A DNA stretch of 64,000 nucleotides from Acidimicrobiales bacterium (GTDB taxonomy: Bacteria > Actinomycetota > Acidimicrobiia > Acidimicrobiales > Bog-793): positions 733-64,732 of the forward strand of contig JBEKCO010000003.1 in the NCBI GenBank assembly GCA_050014835.1. Direction: 5' to 3'. The first letter of the stretch is position 1. Every line of letters starts with the position of its first letter. The notes under the pieces are model-generated. The model made no database searches, was not told where the DNA came from, and saw nothing but the letters and a program-made list of their open reading frames with translations. Of the stretch, positions 53,656 to 63,257 are shown piece after piece. The position numbers were made by a program, and so were the translations under genes.

Positions 53656-55211
53656 CCGATATGGACGAGCCGGACCAGGAGATACGTCGCCGGCAGGACG
53701 AAGAGCATCGCGTCGATGCGGTCGAAGACGCCTCCGTGGGCGGGCAGCAACCGGCCCATGTCCTTCAGGCCGAGGTCGCGTTTCACGACCGACTCGAACA
53801 GGTCGCCGATGGGCGCGAACACAACGACGACCGCGCCGAGCGCCAGCGCCGTGCCGATCCCGAACGGGTGGACCCGGGCGACGACCCCGGCCGCGAGGCC
53901 GAGGGTGAGGACGGTACCGCCGATCAGGCCCTCGATCGTCTTACCCGGGCTGACCCGGGGCGCCAGCCGGTGCCGGCCGAGCTTCGAGCCGACGGCGAAC
54001 GAGCCGACGTCGTGGGCGACGGTCAGCGCGACGGCCGCGCCGAGGTAGGCGACTCCGTGGCGCAGCGGGTACGCCGTCGGGTTGAGAAGCAGACCGGCGA
54101 AGGAGCCGAGCACGCCGACCCAGGTGACGACCAGCATCGTGACGGCGAGGTCATCGACCGGCGAGTCCCCGGGAGCCATGACGATGCGCGACGCACCGGC
54201 AAGGATGACGACGAGAGCGACGACGACCGGGACGGCCTCGGGTCCTTTCAGGTAGCTGGCGACGACGAGGACGGGCACGGCGACGAGACCGACGAGCGCC
54301 GCGGGCTGGTAACCCGAGAGGCGCACGGCGCCGAAGGTCTCGCCGGCGGCAACGCCGAGAACGACCGCGGCGAGGACGAGGGCAGGCAACGGCCCGTTGG
54401 CGAAGCACAGGACGGCGACCCCGGCGAGCACGATGCCCGTCGCCGCCGCGATGGCGGTGTTGCGCCGCGGCGGGTTCTCCGGTGGCGGTTCCGCCAGCCG
54501 CCAGCCGGCACGGTGGGCCGCCCGGGGCCGCCGACGGTTCCGGGAGGCGCCGACGACCTGCTCCCACGCCGCGTCGTCGGCCAGGCCGGAGTCCCCGGGG
54601 ACGGTCACGGCCGCGGACGCCGCGATCTGGCGCTCGCGCAGCCGGCGCCGCGTCGTCGGCGCGTCGAAGTCGAACTCGAACTCGAACGGGCCGGCGATCG
54701 CCGTCGGATCCTCGCCGCGCCCGGCGATCACCGACAACTCGTCGCCCACCTCGCCGGCGGCGTCAGGGTCCTCGCTCAGGTACTCGAGGCCGGACTCGTC
54801 CTCGTCCCAGTCGGCCGGGGTCTGGCGCCAGGTCGGGCCGTGGACTCCCCGCTCGAGGGCCCCGGGGGCGTCGGAGTCCCCGCGCAGCACGCTCGGCACC
54901 TGACCCGTGGGCGGCGCCGTCCAGTCCGGCAGCTCGTAGGGCGTGCCCTCACCGGCCTCCAAGGGGCCGGACTGGCGCTGCGCCCCGACGTCGTCCGGGA
55001 AGGGGTGGCGGGACTCGGGGACGAGACCGGCCGCGACGGCGGCCTCGACGGCGACGACGCGCACCTCGTCGCCCGGGACGACGGGAGGCCGGACCGGGGT
55101 CTCGCCGGGCGCCGGGGCTTCCCGGTCGGCGTCCTCCGCCGAGTCATCCCCGCGGGTCCGCCTCTCGTCGTCGTCCAATTTCCTTCCCTCCGCTGCTACC
55201 CCTGATGGCAC
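53652..55211 (-). CDS. cdsA: Phosphatidate cytidylyltransferase with a long acidic/Pro-rich N-terminal extension
   Basis: The C-terminal ~280 aa are polytopic and contain SPGKTIEGLIGG and GDLFESVVKRDLGLKDMG...HGGVFDRIDA (the CdsA signature). The ORF starts 17 nt after the frr stop, so the ~230-aa extension fills the whole gap. Confidence 0.8.
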   Translation of the reverse strand: MPSGVAAEGRKLDDDERRTRGDDSAEDADREAPAPGETPVRPPVVPGDEVRVVAVEAAVAAGLVPESRHPFPDDVGAQRQSGPLEAGEGTPYELPDWTAPPTGQVPSVLRGDSDAPGALERGVHGPTWRQTPADWDEDESGLEYLSEDPDAAGEVGDELSVIAGRGEDPTAIAGPFEFEFDFDAPTTRRRLRERQIAASAAVTVPGDSGLADDAAWEQVVGASRNRRRPRAAHRAGWRLAEPPPENPPRRNTAIAAATGIVLAGVAVLCFANGPLPALVLAAVVLGVAAGETFGAVRLSGYQPAALVGLVAVPVLVVASYLKGPEAVPVVVALVVILAGASRIVMAPGDSPVDDLAVTMLVVTWVGVLGSFAGLLLNPTAYPLRHGVAYLGAAVALTVAHDVGSFAVGSKLGRHRLAPRVSPGKTIEGLIGGTVLTLGLAAGVVARVHPFGIGTALALGAVVVVFAPIGDLFESVVKRDLGLKDMGRLLPAHGGVFDRIDAMLFVLPATYLLVRLVHIG

Positions 55212-55227
55212 GGGCGGAAGCCCGGCG

Positions 55228-55800
55228 TCAGACCTCCAGCAGCTCCTGCTCCTTGTGGGCGAGAAGCCGGTCGATCTCGGTGACGAACTCGTGCGTCAGC
55301 TTGTCGAGCTCCTTGTCGGCGCGCTCGACGTCGTCGACGGAGACCGCGCCGTCGTGCTCGTGGGTCTCGAGGTCGTGGCGCGCGTGCCGCCGGACGTTGC
55401 GGACGGCGACCCGGCCCTCCTCGGCGCGCTGGCGGACCACCTTCACGAGCTCGCGCCGGCGTTCCTCGTTCAGTTGTGGGAACGACAACCGGATGACCTC
55501 GCCGTCGTTCGACGGGTTCAGGCCGAGGTCCGAGGCCTGGATCGCTTTCTCGATCGCCTTGATCGCGCCCTTGTCGTAGGGGTGGATGACGAGCGTGCGC
55601 GCCTCGGGCACGGTGATCCCGGCGATGCTCTGCAGGGCGACCTCGGCGCCGTAGTAGTCGACCTTCAGCTTCTCGACGAGGACCGGCGCGGCACGGCCCG
55701 TGCGAATGGCGCCGAACTCCCCCTTGGCGTGCTCGACCGCCCGGACCATCTTCTCGCGGGCATCGGCGATCGCTTCTTCGATGATCGCGTCGGCCGTCAT
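55228..55800 (-). CDS. frr: Ribosome recycling factor
   Basis: RTGRAAPVLVEKLKVDYYG...IHPYDK...IQASDLGLNPSNDG..IRL.FPQLNEERRREL. Confidence 0.92.
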   Translation of the reverse strand: MTADAIIEEAIADAREKMVRAVEHAKGEFGAIRTGRAAPVLVEKLKVDYYGAEVALQSIAGITVPEARTLVIHPYDKGAIKAIEKAIQASDLGLNPSNDGEVIRLSFPQLNEERRRELVKVVRQRAEEGRVAVRNVRRHARHDLETHEHDGAVSVDDVERADKELDKLTHEFVTEIDRLLAHKEQELLEV

Positions 55801-56558
55801 CTAATCAGCGTACCGATCCGCTCACCGGCGATGGCCCCCCGGATGTTCCCGGGCGTCATCAGGTCGAACACGAGGATGGGCAGCCCGTTGTCCTTGCAGA
55901 ACGTGATCGCGGTGAGGTCCATCACCCGCAGGTCGCGGGAGATGATCTCCATGAAGCCCAGCTCGCTGTAGCGGGTCGCCGCGGGCTCGAGGCGGGGATC
56001 GGCGCTGTACACGCCGTCGACCCCGGAGTGCGTCCCTTTCAGGATCACCTCCGCCTCGATCTCGGCCGCGCGCAGCGCCGCCGGCGTGTCCGTCGTGAAG
56101 TACGGATTCCCCATGCCCGCCGCGAAGATGACGACCCGGCCCTTCTCGAGGTGGCGGATCGCCCGGCGCCGAATGTAGGGCTCGCACACCTCGGCCATGT
56201 GGATCGCCGAGAGCACGCGCGTCGGGTGCCCCTGGCGCTCGATCGCGTCCTGGAGGGCCAGCGCGTTGATGACGGTGCCGAGCATCCCCATTGTGTCCGA
56301 GGTGGCGCGGTCGATGCCGCCGCCCGCGCCGGTCTGGCCCCTCCAGATGTTGCCGCCGCCGATCATGATAGCGAGCTGCACGCCGAACTCGTCGGTCGTC
56401 TCGGCGATCTCCTTGGCGATCCGGTTGACCGTCGTGGCGTCGATCGTCTCGTCCGACGCCGAACTGGCGAAGGCCTCCCCGCTGATCTTCAGGACGGCGC
56501 GCCGCCAGCGGGGCGCCGCGGCGGCGACGACAGCCGGGCCGGCCTGTCGGGGCGTCAC
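55797..56558 (-). CDS. pyrH: UMP kinase
   Basis: RAVLKISGEAF...IMIGGGNIWRG...DTMGMLGTVINALAL...FAAGMGNPYFTTDT. Confidence 0.92.
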   Translation of the reverse strand: MTPRQAGPAVVAAAAPRWRRAVLKISGEAFASSASDETIDATTVNRIAKEIAETTDEFGVQLAIMIGGGNIWRGQTGAGGGIDRATSDTMGMLGTVINALALQDAIERQGHPTRVLSAIHMAEVCEPYIRRRAIRHLEKGRVVIFAAGMGNPYFTTDTPAALRAAEIEAEVILKGTHSGVDGVYSADPRLEPAATRYSELGFMEIISRDLRVMDLTAITFCKDNGLPILVFDLMTPGNIRGAIAGERIGTLIR

Positions 56559-57355
56559 GTCCCGACGACGACCTGGGCGAACCGGCGGACGACGGCCGAA
56601 CCGAGGAGCCCGGAGATCGACACCTTCTCGTCGCGCGCGTAGGGCTGTTCAAGAAGGACGTGCTCTTTGAACCAGCCGTTCAGGCGGCCCTCGACGATCT
56701 TGTCGAGCTGCGCCTCGGGTTTGCCCTCGTTGCGGGAGGTGGCGAGGATCGTCTCGCGTTCGGCGACGATCACGTCGGCGGGGACGTCGTCGCGGGCGAG
56801 GTACTCGGGACGGCCGAAGGCGATGTGGACGGCGACGTCGTGGGCGAGCGAAGCGGTCCCCCCGACGAGCTCGACGAGCACCCCGTTCACGCCGCGCCCG
56901 TTCTGGATATGGAGGTAGCTCTCGAGCACCGCCCCCGGTTCGGCCTCGAAACGGGCGTGGCCCCCGACGGCGATGTTCTCTTTCAGCGTGACCTTCAGCT
57001 CGTCGACGCTGCCGGCGTGGGCGTTGAGCGCCTCCTCGCCACCGGCGGCGAGCGCCTCGGCGAGGGTGTCGACGAGACGAACGAAGTCCGCCGATTTCGC
57101 CACGAAGTCCGTCTCGCACTCCAGCGCGACGACAGCGGCGACACCCTTGGCCCCGTCGACGACGACGGCGACGGCACCCTCGGAACGTTCGCGCCCGGCG
57201 CGCTTCGCTGATCCGGCGAGGCCCTGCTCGCGCAGCCAACGCTTCGCCTTCTCAAAGTCGCCGTCCGTCTCGACGAGCGCGCGGCGCGCATCGAGGATCC
57301 CCGCGCCCGTCGCGGCGCGCAGCGTCTTCACGTCCTGTGCCGTGACCCCGGCCAT
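56555..57355 (-). CDS. tsf: Elongation factor Ts
   Basis: VKTLRAATGAGILDARRALVETDGDFEKAKRWLREQG is the UBA-like N-terminus. The position between rpsB and pyrH is conserved. Confidence 0.9.
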   Translation of the reverse strand: MAGVTAQDVKTLRAATGAGILDARRALVETDGDFEKAKRWLREQGLAGSAKRAGRERSEGAVAVVVDGAKGVAAVVALECETDFVAKSADFVRLVDTLAEALAAGGEEALNAHAGSVDELKVTLKENIAVGGHARFEAEPGAVLESYLHIQNGRGVNGVLVELVGGTASLAHDVAVHIAFGRPEYLARDDVPADVIVAERETILATSRNEGKPEAQLDKIVEGRLNGWFKEHVLLEQPYARDEKVSISGLLGSAVVRRFAQVVVGT

Positions 57356-57356
57356 C

Positions 57357-58145
57357 TCAGACCTTCGCCGCCGACGTGGCCGTCGCGAGCTCGTCCCGCG
57401 AGCTGCGCGGGACCGGCTCCGGACCGCCGGCCACCGCGAGGTTCGCCGCGGCGCGCCGTGAGTAGATGAACCGGCCCTCGGACACCGCGTCGGACATCAC
57501 GCGGCACAACAGGCGGCCGGAGCGGATGGCGTCGTCGTTCCCGGGAATGACGTAATCGATGATGTCCGGGTCGCAGTTCGAGTCGACGATGGCGATCACC
57601 GGGATGCCGAGCTTGTTCGCCTCGGTCACGGCGATGTGCTCCTTTTTCGTGTCGATGACGAACAGGGCGTTCGGCAGCTTCGTCAGGCGCCGGATGCCGC
57701 CCAGGTTGCGCTCGAGCTTCTCGAGCTCGCGCCGCAGCATGAGGGCCTCCTTCTTCGGCAGCGCGTCGAACTCGCCCGAGTCACGTGCCGCCTCGAGCTC
57801 GCCGAGCTTGCGGACACGTCCCGAGACCGTCTCGAAGTTCGTCAGCATCCCGCCGAGCCAGCGCTCGTTCACGTACGGCATGCCGCAGGCCGTCGCGTAC
57901 TCGCCCACCGGGTCCTGGGCCTGCTTCTTCGTGCCGACGAACAGGAGCGTCCCGCCCCTCCCCACGAGATCGCGCACGAACGCGTAGGCGATCTCGATCC
58001 GGGCGAGGGTCTGGTGAAGGTCGATGATGTAGATGCCGCTGCGCTCGCCGTAGAGGAAGCGCTTCATCTTCGGGTTCCAGCGGCGGGTCTGGTGTCCGAA
58101 GTGGACCCCCGCCTCGAGCAGTTGCTTCATCGTGACGACGGCCAC
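57357..58145 (-). CDS. rpsB: 30S ribosomal protein S2
   Basis: [22 protein letters not shown]... is present. The GTG at 58145 is preceded by AAGGAG with a 6-nt spacer; ATG at 58130 is an alternative. The track start at 58208 is unlikely. Confidence 0.9.
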   Translation of the reverse strand: MAVVTMKQLLEAGVHFGHQTRRWNPKMKRFLYGERSGIYIIDLHQTLARIEIAYAFVRDLVGRGGTLLFVGTKKQAQDPVGEYATACGMPYVNERWLGGMLTNFETVSGRVRKLGELEAARDSGEFDALPKKEALMLRRELEKLERNLGGIRRLTKLPNALFVIDTKKEHIAVTEANKLGIPVIAIVDSNCDPDIIDYVIPGNDDAIRSGRLLCRVMSDAVSEGRFIYSRRAAANLAVAGGPEPVPRSSRDELATATSAAKV

Positions 58146-58278
58146 GCGTCGCTCCTTCCCAACGGTTCTGCTGAACCGGACGTCGCGCCGTGAGGCGACC
58201 GTGGGCACGTCCGGCCGATTGGTCGTGAGGCCCGGACGGGCCTCGGGAGCATGGTAGCCGCTCGCCTGGCGGCGGCGG

Positions 58279-59169
58279 TCAGGCCCTCGGGTGGGCCCTC
58301 TTGTACACGCCGATGAGGCGCTCTTTCGAGACGTGCGTGTAGCGCTGAGTCGTCTTCAGGCTCGAGTGCCCGAGGAGCTCCTGGACGACGCGCAAGTCCG
58401 CGCCCCCGTCGAGCAGGTGCGTGGCGTAGGTGTGGCGCAAGGCGTGCGGGTGCGTCGGCACGACCGTGCGCCGGTCGATGATGCGGCGCACGTCGCGGGG
58501 CCCGAGACGCCGACCCCGCGAGTTCAGAAAGACCGCCTGCGGCGGCGACTCGGGCCCGCAAAGGACAGCCCGGGCCGAGCCGAGGTAGCTCCGGCAGGCG
58601 TCGACGGACGGCTCGCTCATCGGCACCCGCCGCTGCTTGCCGCCCTTGCCCCACACGGTGACGGTCCCGCCCGCGAGGTCGAGCCCGTCGGCGTCGAGCC
58701 CGCAGCACTCGCTCACCCGCAGTCCGGAGCCGTAGAGCAACTCGAGCACGGCGTCGTCGCGCCGCCGGGTCGCTTCGGCGCGGGGATCGCCGGGAGGTGC
58801 CACGTCCGGTGAGCTCTCGAGGAGGGCGTCGAGCTCGCCGGGCGAGAGCACGCGGGGCAGGCGCCCCTCGCCCGAGGAGGCGGTCAGCCGGCGTGACGGG
58901 TCGTCCGCGATGAGCCCCCGACGCTTGGCGAAGGCGAAGTAGCGGCGCAGGGCGGCCGCCTTGCGGGCGACCGACCGGCGCTCGTAGCCGCGGGTCGCGA
59001 GGTACGCGAGGTACCGGCGGAGGAGCAGCCGGTCGACGTCGGCGGGCCCGGTGACCCCGGACCGGGCCGCCCACCCGGCGAACAAGTCCACGTCCGAGCG
59101 GTACGCCCGGACGGTCGCCGGAGACGACGCCCCGAGCGCCTGGACGAACGCGTCGAACTCCCAGGTCAC
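58279..59169 (-). CDS. xerC: Tyrosine recombinase XerC/XerD family
   Basis: The N-terminal SAM-like domain contains [12 protein letters not shown]. The catalytic domain contains [38 protein letters not shown] (RHRY context). Start at GTG 59169, because longer versions overlap the divergent regulator gene. Confidence 0.85.
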   Translation of the reverse strand: MTWEFDAFVQALGASSPATVRAYRSDVDLFAGWAARSGVTGPADVDRLLLRRYLAYLATRGYERRSVARKAAALRRYFAFAKRRGLIADDPSRRLTASSGEGRLPRVLSPGELDALLESSPDVAPPGDPRAEATRRRDDAVLELLYGSGLRVSECCGLDADGLDLAGGTVTVWGKGGKQRRVPMSEPSVDACRSYLGSARAVLCGPESPPQAVFLNSRGRRLGPRDVRRIIDRRTVVPTHPHALRHTYATHLLDGGADLRVVQELLGHSSLKTTQRYTHVSKERLIGVYKRAHPRA

Positions 59170-59239
59170 GACCCGAGCGTAGCGAACCGTCGCGGCGATC
59201 CCGGGGAACACTGCGGTCCGCGACGCGGCAAGATTGGGT

Positions 59240-59932
59240 ATGGCAAGTCGGATTCTCATCGTCGAGGACGACGAGCGCATCCGGGCCTCGATGGGCCTCG
59301 CGCTCGAGGACGAGGGCTACGACGTCGTCGAGGCCGGCAGCGGCGAGGAGGCGCTTGTGCGCTTCACGCAGTCGCTCAGCTTCGAGCCCCTTGACCTCGT
59401 CATCATCGACATCATGCTGCCCGGAATGGACGGCTTCGAGTGCTGCCGGGAGGTCCGCCGTCAGAGCGCTGTCCCGATCATCATGGTGACGGCGCGCACC
59501 GACACCCACGACGTCGTCGCCGGCCTCGAGGCGGGGGCCGACGACTACGTGACGAAGCCGTTCGAGCCCAAGGAGCTCGCGGCACGCATCCGGGCGCTGC
59601 TCCGGCGGGCCCGTTCGACCGAGGGCGGCCCGTCCACGATCACCTTCGGCGACCTCGAGATCATGCCGGAGGCGGGCGTCGTTCGGCTCGCCGGCGAAGA
59701 GGTCCACCTCACCCGCACCGAGTTCCTCCTGCTCTGCGAGCTCGCCGCCAACCACGGCAAGGTGCTCTCCCGCGAGCAGCTCCTCGAGAGAGTGTGGAGC
59801 TACGACTACTTCGGTGACGGCCGGCTCGTCGACGTGCACGTCCGGCGGCTGCGCACGAAGGTCGAACCCGATCCCGCCAATCCCCGCTACGTGCTCACTG
59901 TGCGCGGTCTCGGCTACAAGCTCGCCCCCTGA
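59240..59932 (+). CDS. OmpR-family response regulator (MtrA-like)
   Basis: The receiver domain has ILIVEDDE...DLVIIDIMLPGMDG...TARTD..KPF. The winged-helix output has LTRTEFLLLCELAAN.GKVLSREQLL..VW...VDVHVRRLRTK. Confidence 0.88.
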   Translation: MASRILIVEDDERIRASMGLALEDEGYDVVEAGSGEEALVRFTQSLSFEPLDLVIIDIMLPGMDGFECCREVRRQSAVPIIMVTARTDTHDVVAGLEAGADDYVTKPFEPKELAARIRALLRRARSTEGGPSTITFGDLEIMPEAGVVRLAGEEVHLTRTEFLLLCELAANHGKVLSREQLLERVWSYDYFGDGRLVDVHVRRLRTKVEPDPANPRYVLTVRGLGYKLAP

Positions 59933-61449
59933 TGCCCGCCGGGAAACGGCTCCGACGGCTCGCCCCGAACCGGCGCACCGGTCGCCGACGCGGCGGACTC
60001 CTCCAACTCGGGCTGCGCGCCCGCATCACCGCCGTGTTCACGCTGGGCGCGCTCGCGCTCTCCCTGCTCCTCACGTCGATCACGTACTTCACGACGAGCT
60101 CGTCGATCGTCTCCCAGGACGAGCACTCCTTCGAGCTCCAGGCGATCGCCAACGCGACCTCGCTGCACGAAAGCGTCTACGCGCTCGACCCGGCCGTGGT
60201 CCGGGAGAACGTCTTCGGGCTCTCCGACGAGCTCCGCTCGACGACGTCGTACTCGCTCATCTACATAACGTCCCTTTTGACGTGGTTCCCGTCGTCCCCG
60301 GTCACGTTCTCCGAGGACGACCTGCCGGCGTCGTTGCGCACCCTGACGCTTTCCGGGAACTCGGGGGAACAGACGTTCATTTTCCGTGGCGAGCCGCATT
60401 TCGCCGTCGGGATCGCGATCCCCCATGGCACCTACTACTTCGGGGTATTCAGCCTCAGCCAGGCCAACGCCGAGCTCCACGTCCTTCTGGCCTCGCTCAT
60501 CGGCGCGGCGGCCGTGACGACGCTGCTCGGCGCCGCCCTCGGCCGCTGGGCGGCGGGACGCACGCTGCGCCCGCTGCGCGACGTCTCCGAGGCCGCGTCG
60601 TCCATCGCGAGCGGCATGCTCGACACCCGGCTCGAGACGGGCGACGCGCGCGACCTCGCCGTGCTCACGTCGTCGTTCAACCGGATGGCGGACCGGCTGC
60701 AGCAACGGATCGAGCGGGACGCGCGTTTCACCTCGGACGTCTCCCATGAGCTCCGCTCCCCTTTGACGACGCTGGCGACGTCGCTGTCAGTGATCGAGTC
60801 GCGCCGGGACGAGCTGCCCGAGCGCTCCCAGCGGGCGCTCGACCTTTTGAGCACCGAGGTGCGCCGCTTCCAGCGCATGGTGCGCGACCTGCTCGAGATC
60901 TCGCGTTTCGACGCGCGCTCGGCGGACTTCGCGACGAGCCAGGTGGAGATCGGCGACCTCGTCCGGCATGCCGTCGCCCCGGCGGGCCACCCGCCGCTTT
61001 CCGTCACGATCAGCCCCGCCGACGACCATCGCGAGCTCTCCGTAGACAAGCGCCGGATCGAACGCGTCTTCGGAAACCTCATCGAGAACGCCGACCGCTA
61101 CGCCGGGGGGGTGACCGAGATCGTCGTCGAGACGGGTGAACATTCCGTGCGGGTCTGCGTCGACGATTCCGGGCCCGGCATACCGCAGGCGGATCGCGAT
61201 CGCATCTTCGAACGCTTCGCCCGCGGCCCCGGCACGGCGGGCAGCCGGGGCGCCGGGGTCGGCACCGGTCTCGGCCTCGCGCTCGTCCAGGAGCACGTCC
61301 GGCTCCACGGGGGAAGGGTGTGGGTCTCCGATTCGCCGACCGGCGGGGCGCGCTTCGTCGTCGAGCTTCCTCTCTCCCAGGGCGGAGAGGAGTCGGCGAA
61401 GACGCCGGACGGCGGATCTGACGCGCCCGACCGGGAGACGGCGCGATGA
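59932..61449 (+). CDS. Sensor histidine kinase (MtrB-like): two TM segments, HAMP, HisKA, HATPase_c
   Basis: H-box FTSDVSHELRSPLT, N-box IENADRYA, and G-boxes DDSGPGI and GTGLGLALV. The ATG overlaps the regulator stop. Confidence 0.88.
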   Translation: MPAGKRLRRLAPNRRTGRRRGGLLQLGLRARITAVFTLGALALSLLLTSITYFTTSSSIVSQDEHSFELQAIANATSLHESVYALDPAVVRENVFGLSDELRSTTSYSLIYITSLLTWFPSSPVTFSEDDLPASLRTLTLSGNSGEQTFIFRGEPHFAVGIAIPHGTYYFGVFSLSQANAELHVLLASLIGAAAVTTLLGAALGRWAAGRTLRPLRDVSEAASSIASGMLDTRLETGDARDLAVLTSSFNRMADRLQQRIERDARFTSDVSHELRSPLTTLATSLSVIESRRDELPERSQRALDLLSTEVRRFQRMVRDLLEISRFDARSADFATSQVEIGDLVRHAVAPAGHPPLSVTISPADDHRELSVDKRRIERVFGNLIENADRYAGGVTEIVVETGEHSVRVCVDDSGPGIPQADRDRIFERFARGPGTAGSRGAGVGTGLGLALVQEHVRLHGGRVWVSDSPTGGARFVVELPLSQGGEESAKTPDGGSDAPDRETAR

Positions 61450-62054
61450 GGCGTCGGCACCGGATCGTGGCGGTGGCGCTCGGCGCCACCGCTCTCGCCA
61501 TCACCGCGTCGGGCTGTGGCATCGCGCCGCAGTCGACGGCGCAACCCTTCAACGTCCCGGCGAATCAGTTCACCTCGCCGACGACCCCTCCGACGACGCC
61601 CCACCCCGGACGGGCGATCGACGTCTTTTTCATCACGGACGGGTACCTCGTCGCCTCGGTCCGCCACCTGCCGAGGAGGAAGCTCACCCTCGATGACAAG
61701 CTCCAGCTCGCGCTTAACGGCCTCGACGCGGGTCCGACGAGTGCCGAGTTCCGGCTCGGCGTGACGACTGCGCTGAGCGTCGCTCCGGCGGCGACGGTGA
61801 CGGTCATCGGCACGGTCAACCACCACGTCGCCTCGGTCGACCTCGACTCGACCTTCGACGATCTCGACACGACCCAGCTGTTCCAGGCCGACGGGCAGAT
61901 CGTCTACACGCTGACGCAATTCCGCGAGGTCGACGCCGTCAACCTCGTGCTGAACGGCGAGAAGATCGCCTATCTCCCGAACGGCGGCGTGAAAAGGAAC
62001 CTTTCCGTCAGTCGCGTCGACTATCGCGCGATCGCGCCTCCGACCAGCCCCTGA
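61446..62054 (+). CDS. Small GerMN-like lipoprotein in the LpqB position
   Basis: Signal peptide ending in TASGC (lipobox-like). It has a 4-nt overlap with the kinase gene. The body resembles a single GerMN/sporulation-germination-like domain (VFFITDGYLV...LALNGL...VDLDSTF). Confidence 0.5.
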   Translation: MRRRHRIVAVALGATALAITASGCGIAPQSTAQPFNVPANQFTSPTTPPTTPHPGRAIDVFFITDGYLVASVRHLPRRKLTLDDKLQLALNGLDAGPTSAEFRLGVTTALSVAPAATVTVIGTVNHHVASVDLDSTFDDLDTTQLFQADGQIVYTLTQFREVDAVNLVLNGEKIAYLPNGGVKRNLSVSRVDYRAIAPPTSP

Positions 62055-62061
62055 GTGGCGC

Positions 62062-62433
62062 TCAGCTCCCGGCGACCTCGGCCGGGACGGTCTCGTCGAC
62101 AACGACCCGGGGCGCGTCGGCCCACAGCCGCTCCAGCGAATAGAGCGACCGCGCCTCGGTGTCGAAGACGTGGACGACGAAGTCCCCATAGTCGAGGAGC
62201 ACCCAGTGCGAGCCCTCGAGGCCTTCGACCTGCCGCGCCGAGAGGCCGGCGAGCTCGCGCAGCCGCCGTGAGACCTCGTCGACGATGGAGCGGACCTGCC
62301 GCTCGTTGCGCCCAGCGGTGATGACGAAGTAGTCGGTGATGCCGATGAGGTCGCCGACGTCAAGCACGACCGTCGTCTCCAGCGTCTTCGCCGCGGCCGC
62401 ACGGGCGGCGACAAGCGCAGCGGGCGACGTCAA
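62062..62433 (-). CDS. rsfS: Ribosome silencing factor RsfS (iojap)
   Basis: TTVVLDVGDLIGITDYFVITAGRNERQVRSIVDEV...WVLLDYGDFVVHVF...R..Y.LERLW. Confidence 0.88.
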   Translation of the reverse strand: MTSPAALVAARAAAAKTLETTVVLDVGDLIGITDYFVITAGRNERQVRSIVDEVSRRLRELAGLSARQVEGLEGSHWVLLDYGDFVVHVFDTEARSLYSLERLWADAPRVVVDETVPAEVAGS

Positions 62434-62512
62434 CGAGGAAGGCCGCCGATCGGTGCGGGACTGCGAACCGCTTCGACCCGGGAGGTCTCGGGTCTGCGCA
62501 GCGGGCGGCTCG

Positions 62513-63112
62513 TCATCTGTCGCGAGCGTACAGCCCGCGTTGTTTGATCATGCGGACCGCGCCCTCGGGGATGAGATAGTCGAGCGGACGCCCCGTAGCA
62601 GCCCTTTCGCGCAGATCCGTACTGGATATCTCGAGCGCCGGGATCTCGATCGCGACGGCGTTCCAGCCGGCGAGCGGACCGTCCTGCCCCGGCAGCACCG
62701 GCGTCGAACCGGGTCGGTTAACGACGACCATCGTCGTCTCGCGCCGAACATCGTCGAGACGCTCCCAGGTCGCGAGCCCGGCGATCACGTCGGCCCCGAC
62801 AATCAGATAGAGATCCGCCGTCGGTTCGAGCCGCCGCAGCTCCTCGATCGTGTCGACGGTGTACGAGGGCCCGCCGCGGTCGATCTCGAGCCGCGACGCT
62901 TCGAGCCCGTCCACGTCGCCGAGGGCGGCGTCGACGAGGGTCAGCCGGTCAAGCGCCGGCGACACCGGCCGGTCACCCACCTTCTGCCACGGCTCGTTCG
63001 CCACGACAAACAGCACCCGGTCGAGACCGAGCGTGTGGCGGGCGTTCACGGCCGCGACGAGATGGCCGACGTGGATCGGGTCGAACGTGCCCCCGAAGAC
63101 ACCGATGCGCAT
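62513..63112 (-). CDS. nadD: Nicotinate-nucleotide adenylyltransferase
   Basis: The ATG at 63112 gives MRIGVFGGTFDPIHVGHL, followed later by ISSTDLR. The track's 38-aa extension was rejected. Confidence 0.88.
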   Translation of the reverse strand: MRIGVFGGTFDPIHVGHLVAAVNARHTLGLDRVLFVVANEPWQKVGDRPVSPALDRLTLVDAALGDVDGLEASRLEIDRGGPSYTVDTIEELRRLEPTADLYLIVGADVIAGLATWERLDDVRRETTMVVVNRPGSTPVLPGQDGPLAGWNAVAIEIPALEISSTDLRERAATGRPLDYLIPEGAVRMIKQRGLYARDR

Positions 63113-63257
63113 GGACTCCCCGGACGCGTGCCACGGGCCGGACGGCGGATCCGTCCCGGTCCTGCACCCCGCGTCGCCCGACCAGCGTAGGCGCCGCCGA
63201 ATCCTCCGTACTCGGGGTGTCGGCACGCCCGCGGTCAGCCTTGCCTACTCTGGAGCC

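Noticed and set aside
50927-55205. Long + strand ORFs (50927..52765 and 53436..55205, among others) opposite rseP, dxr and cdsA.
   Set aside because: They are antisense shadows with low-complexity Arg/Pro/Asp-rich composition. The conserved isoprenoid and envelope genes occupy the other strand.
58279-59169. The tyrosine recombinase as the integrase of another mobile element.
   Set aside because: The sequence and its position near rpsB-tsf match the chromosomal XerC of Actinomycetota. No att repeats or cargo genes flank it.
58127-59839. 570-aa minus-strand ORF covering xerC and the response-regulator gene.
   Set aside because: It runs out of frame or antisense through two well-supported genes and has a junk-like composition.
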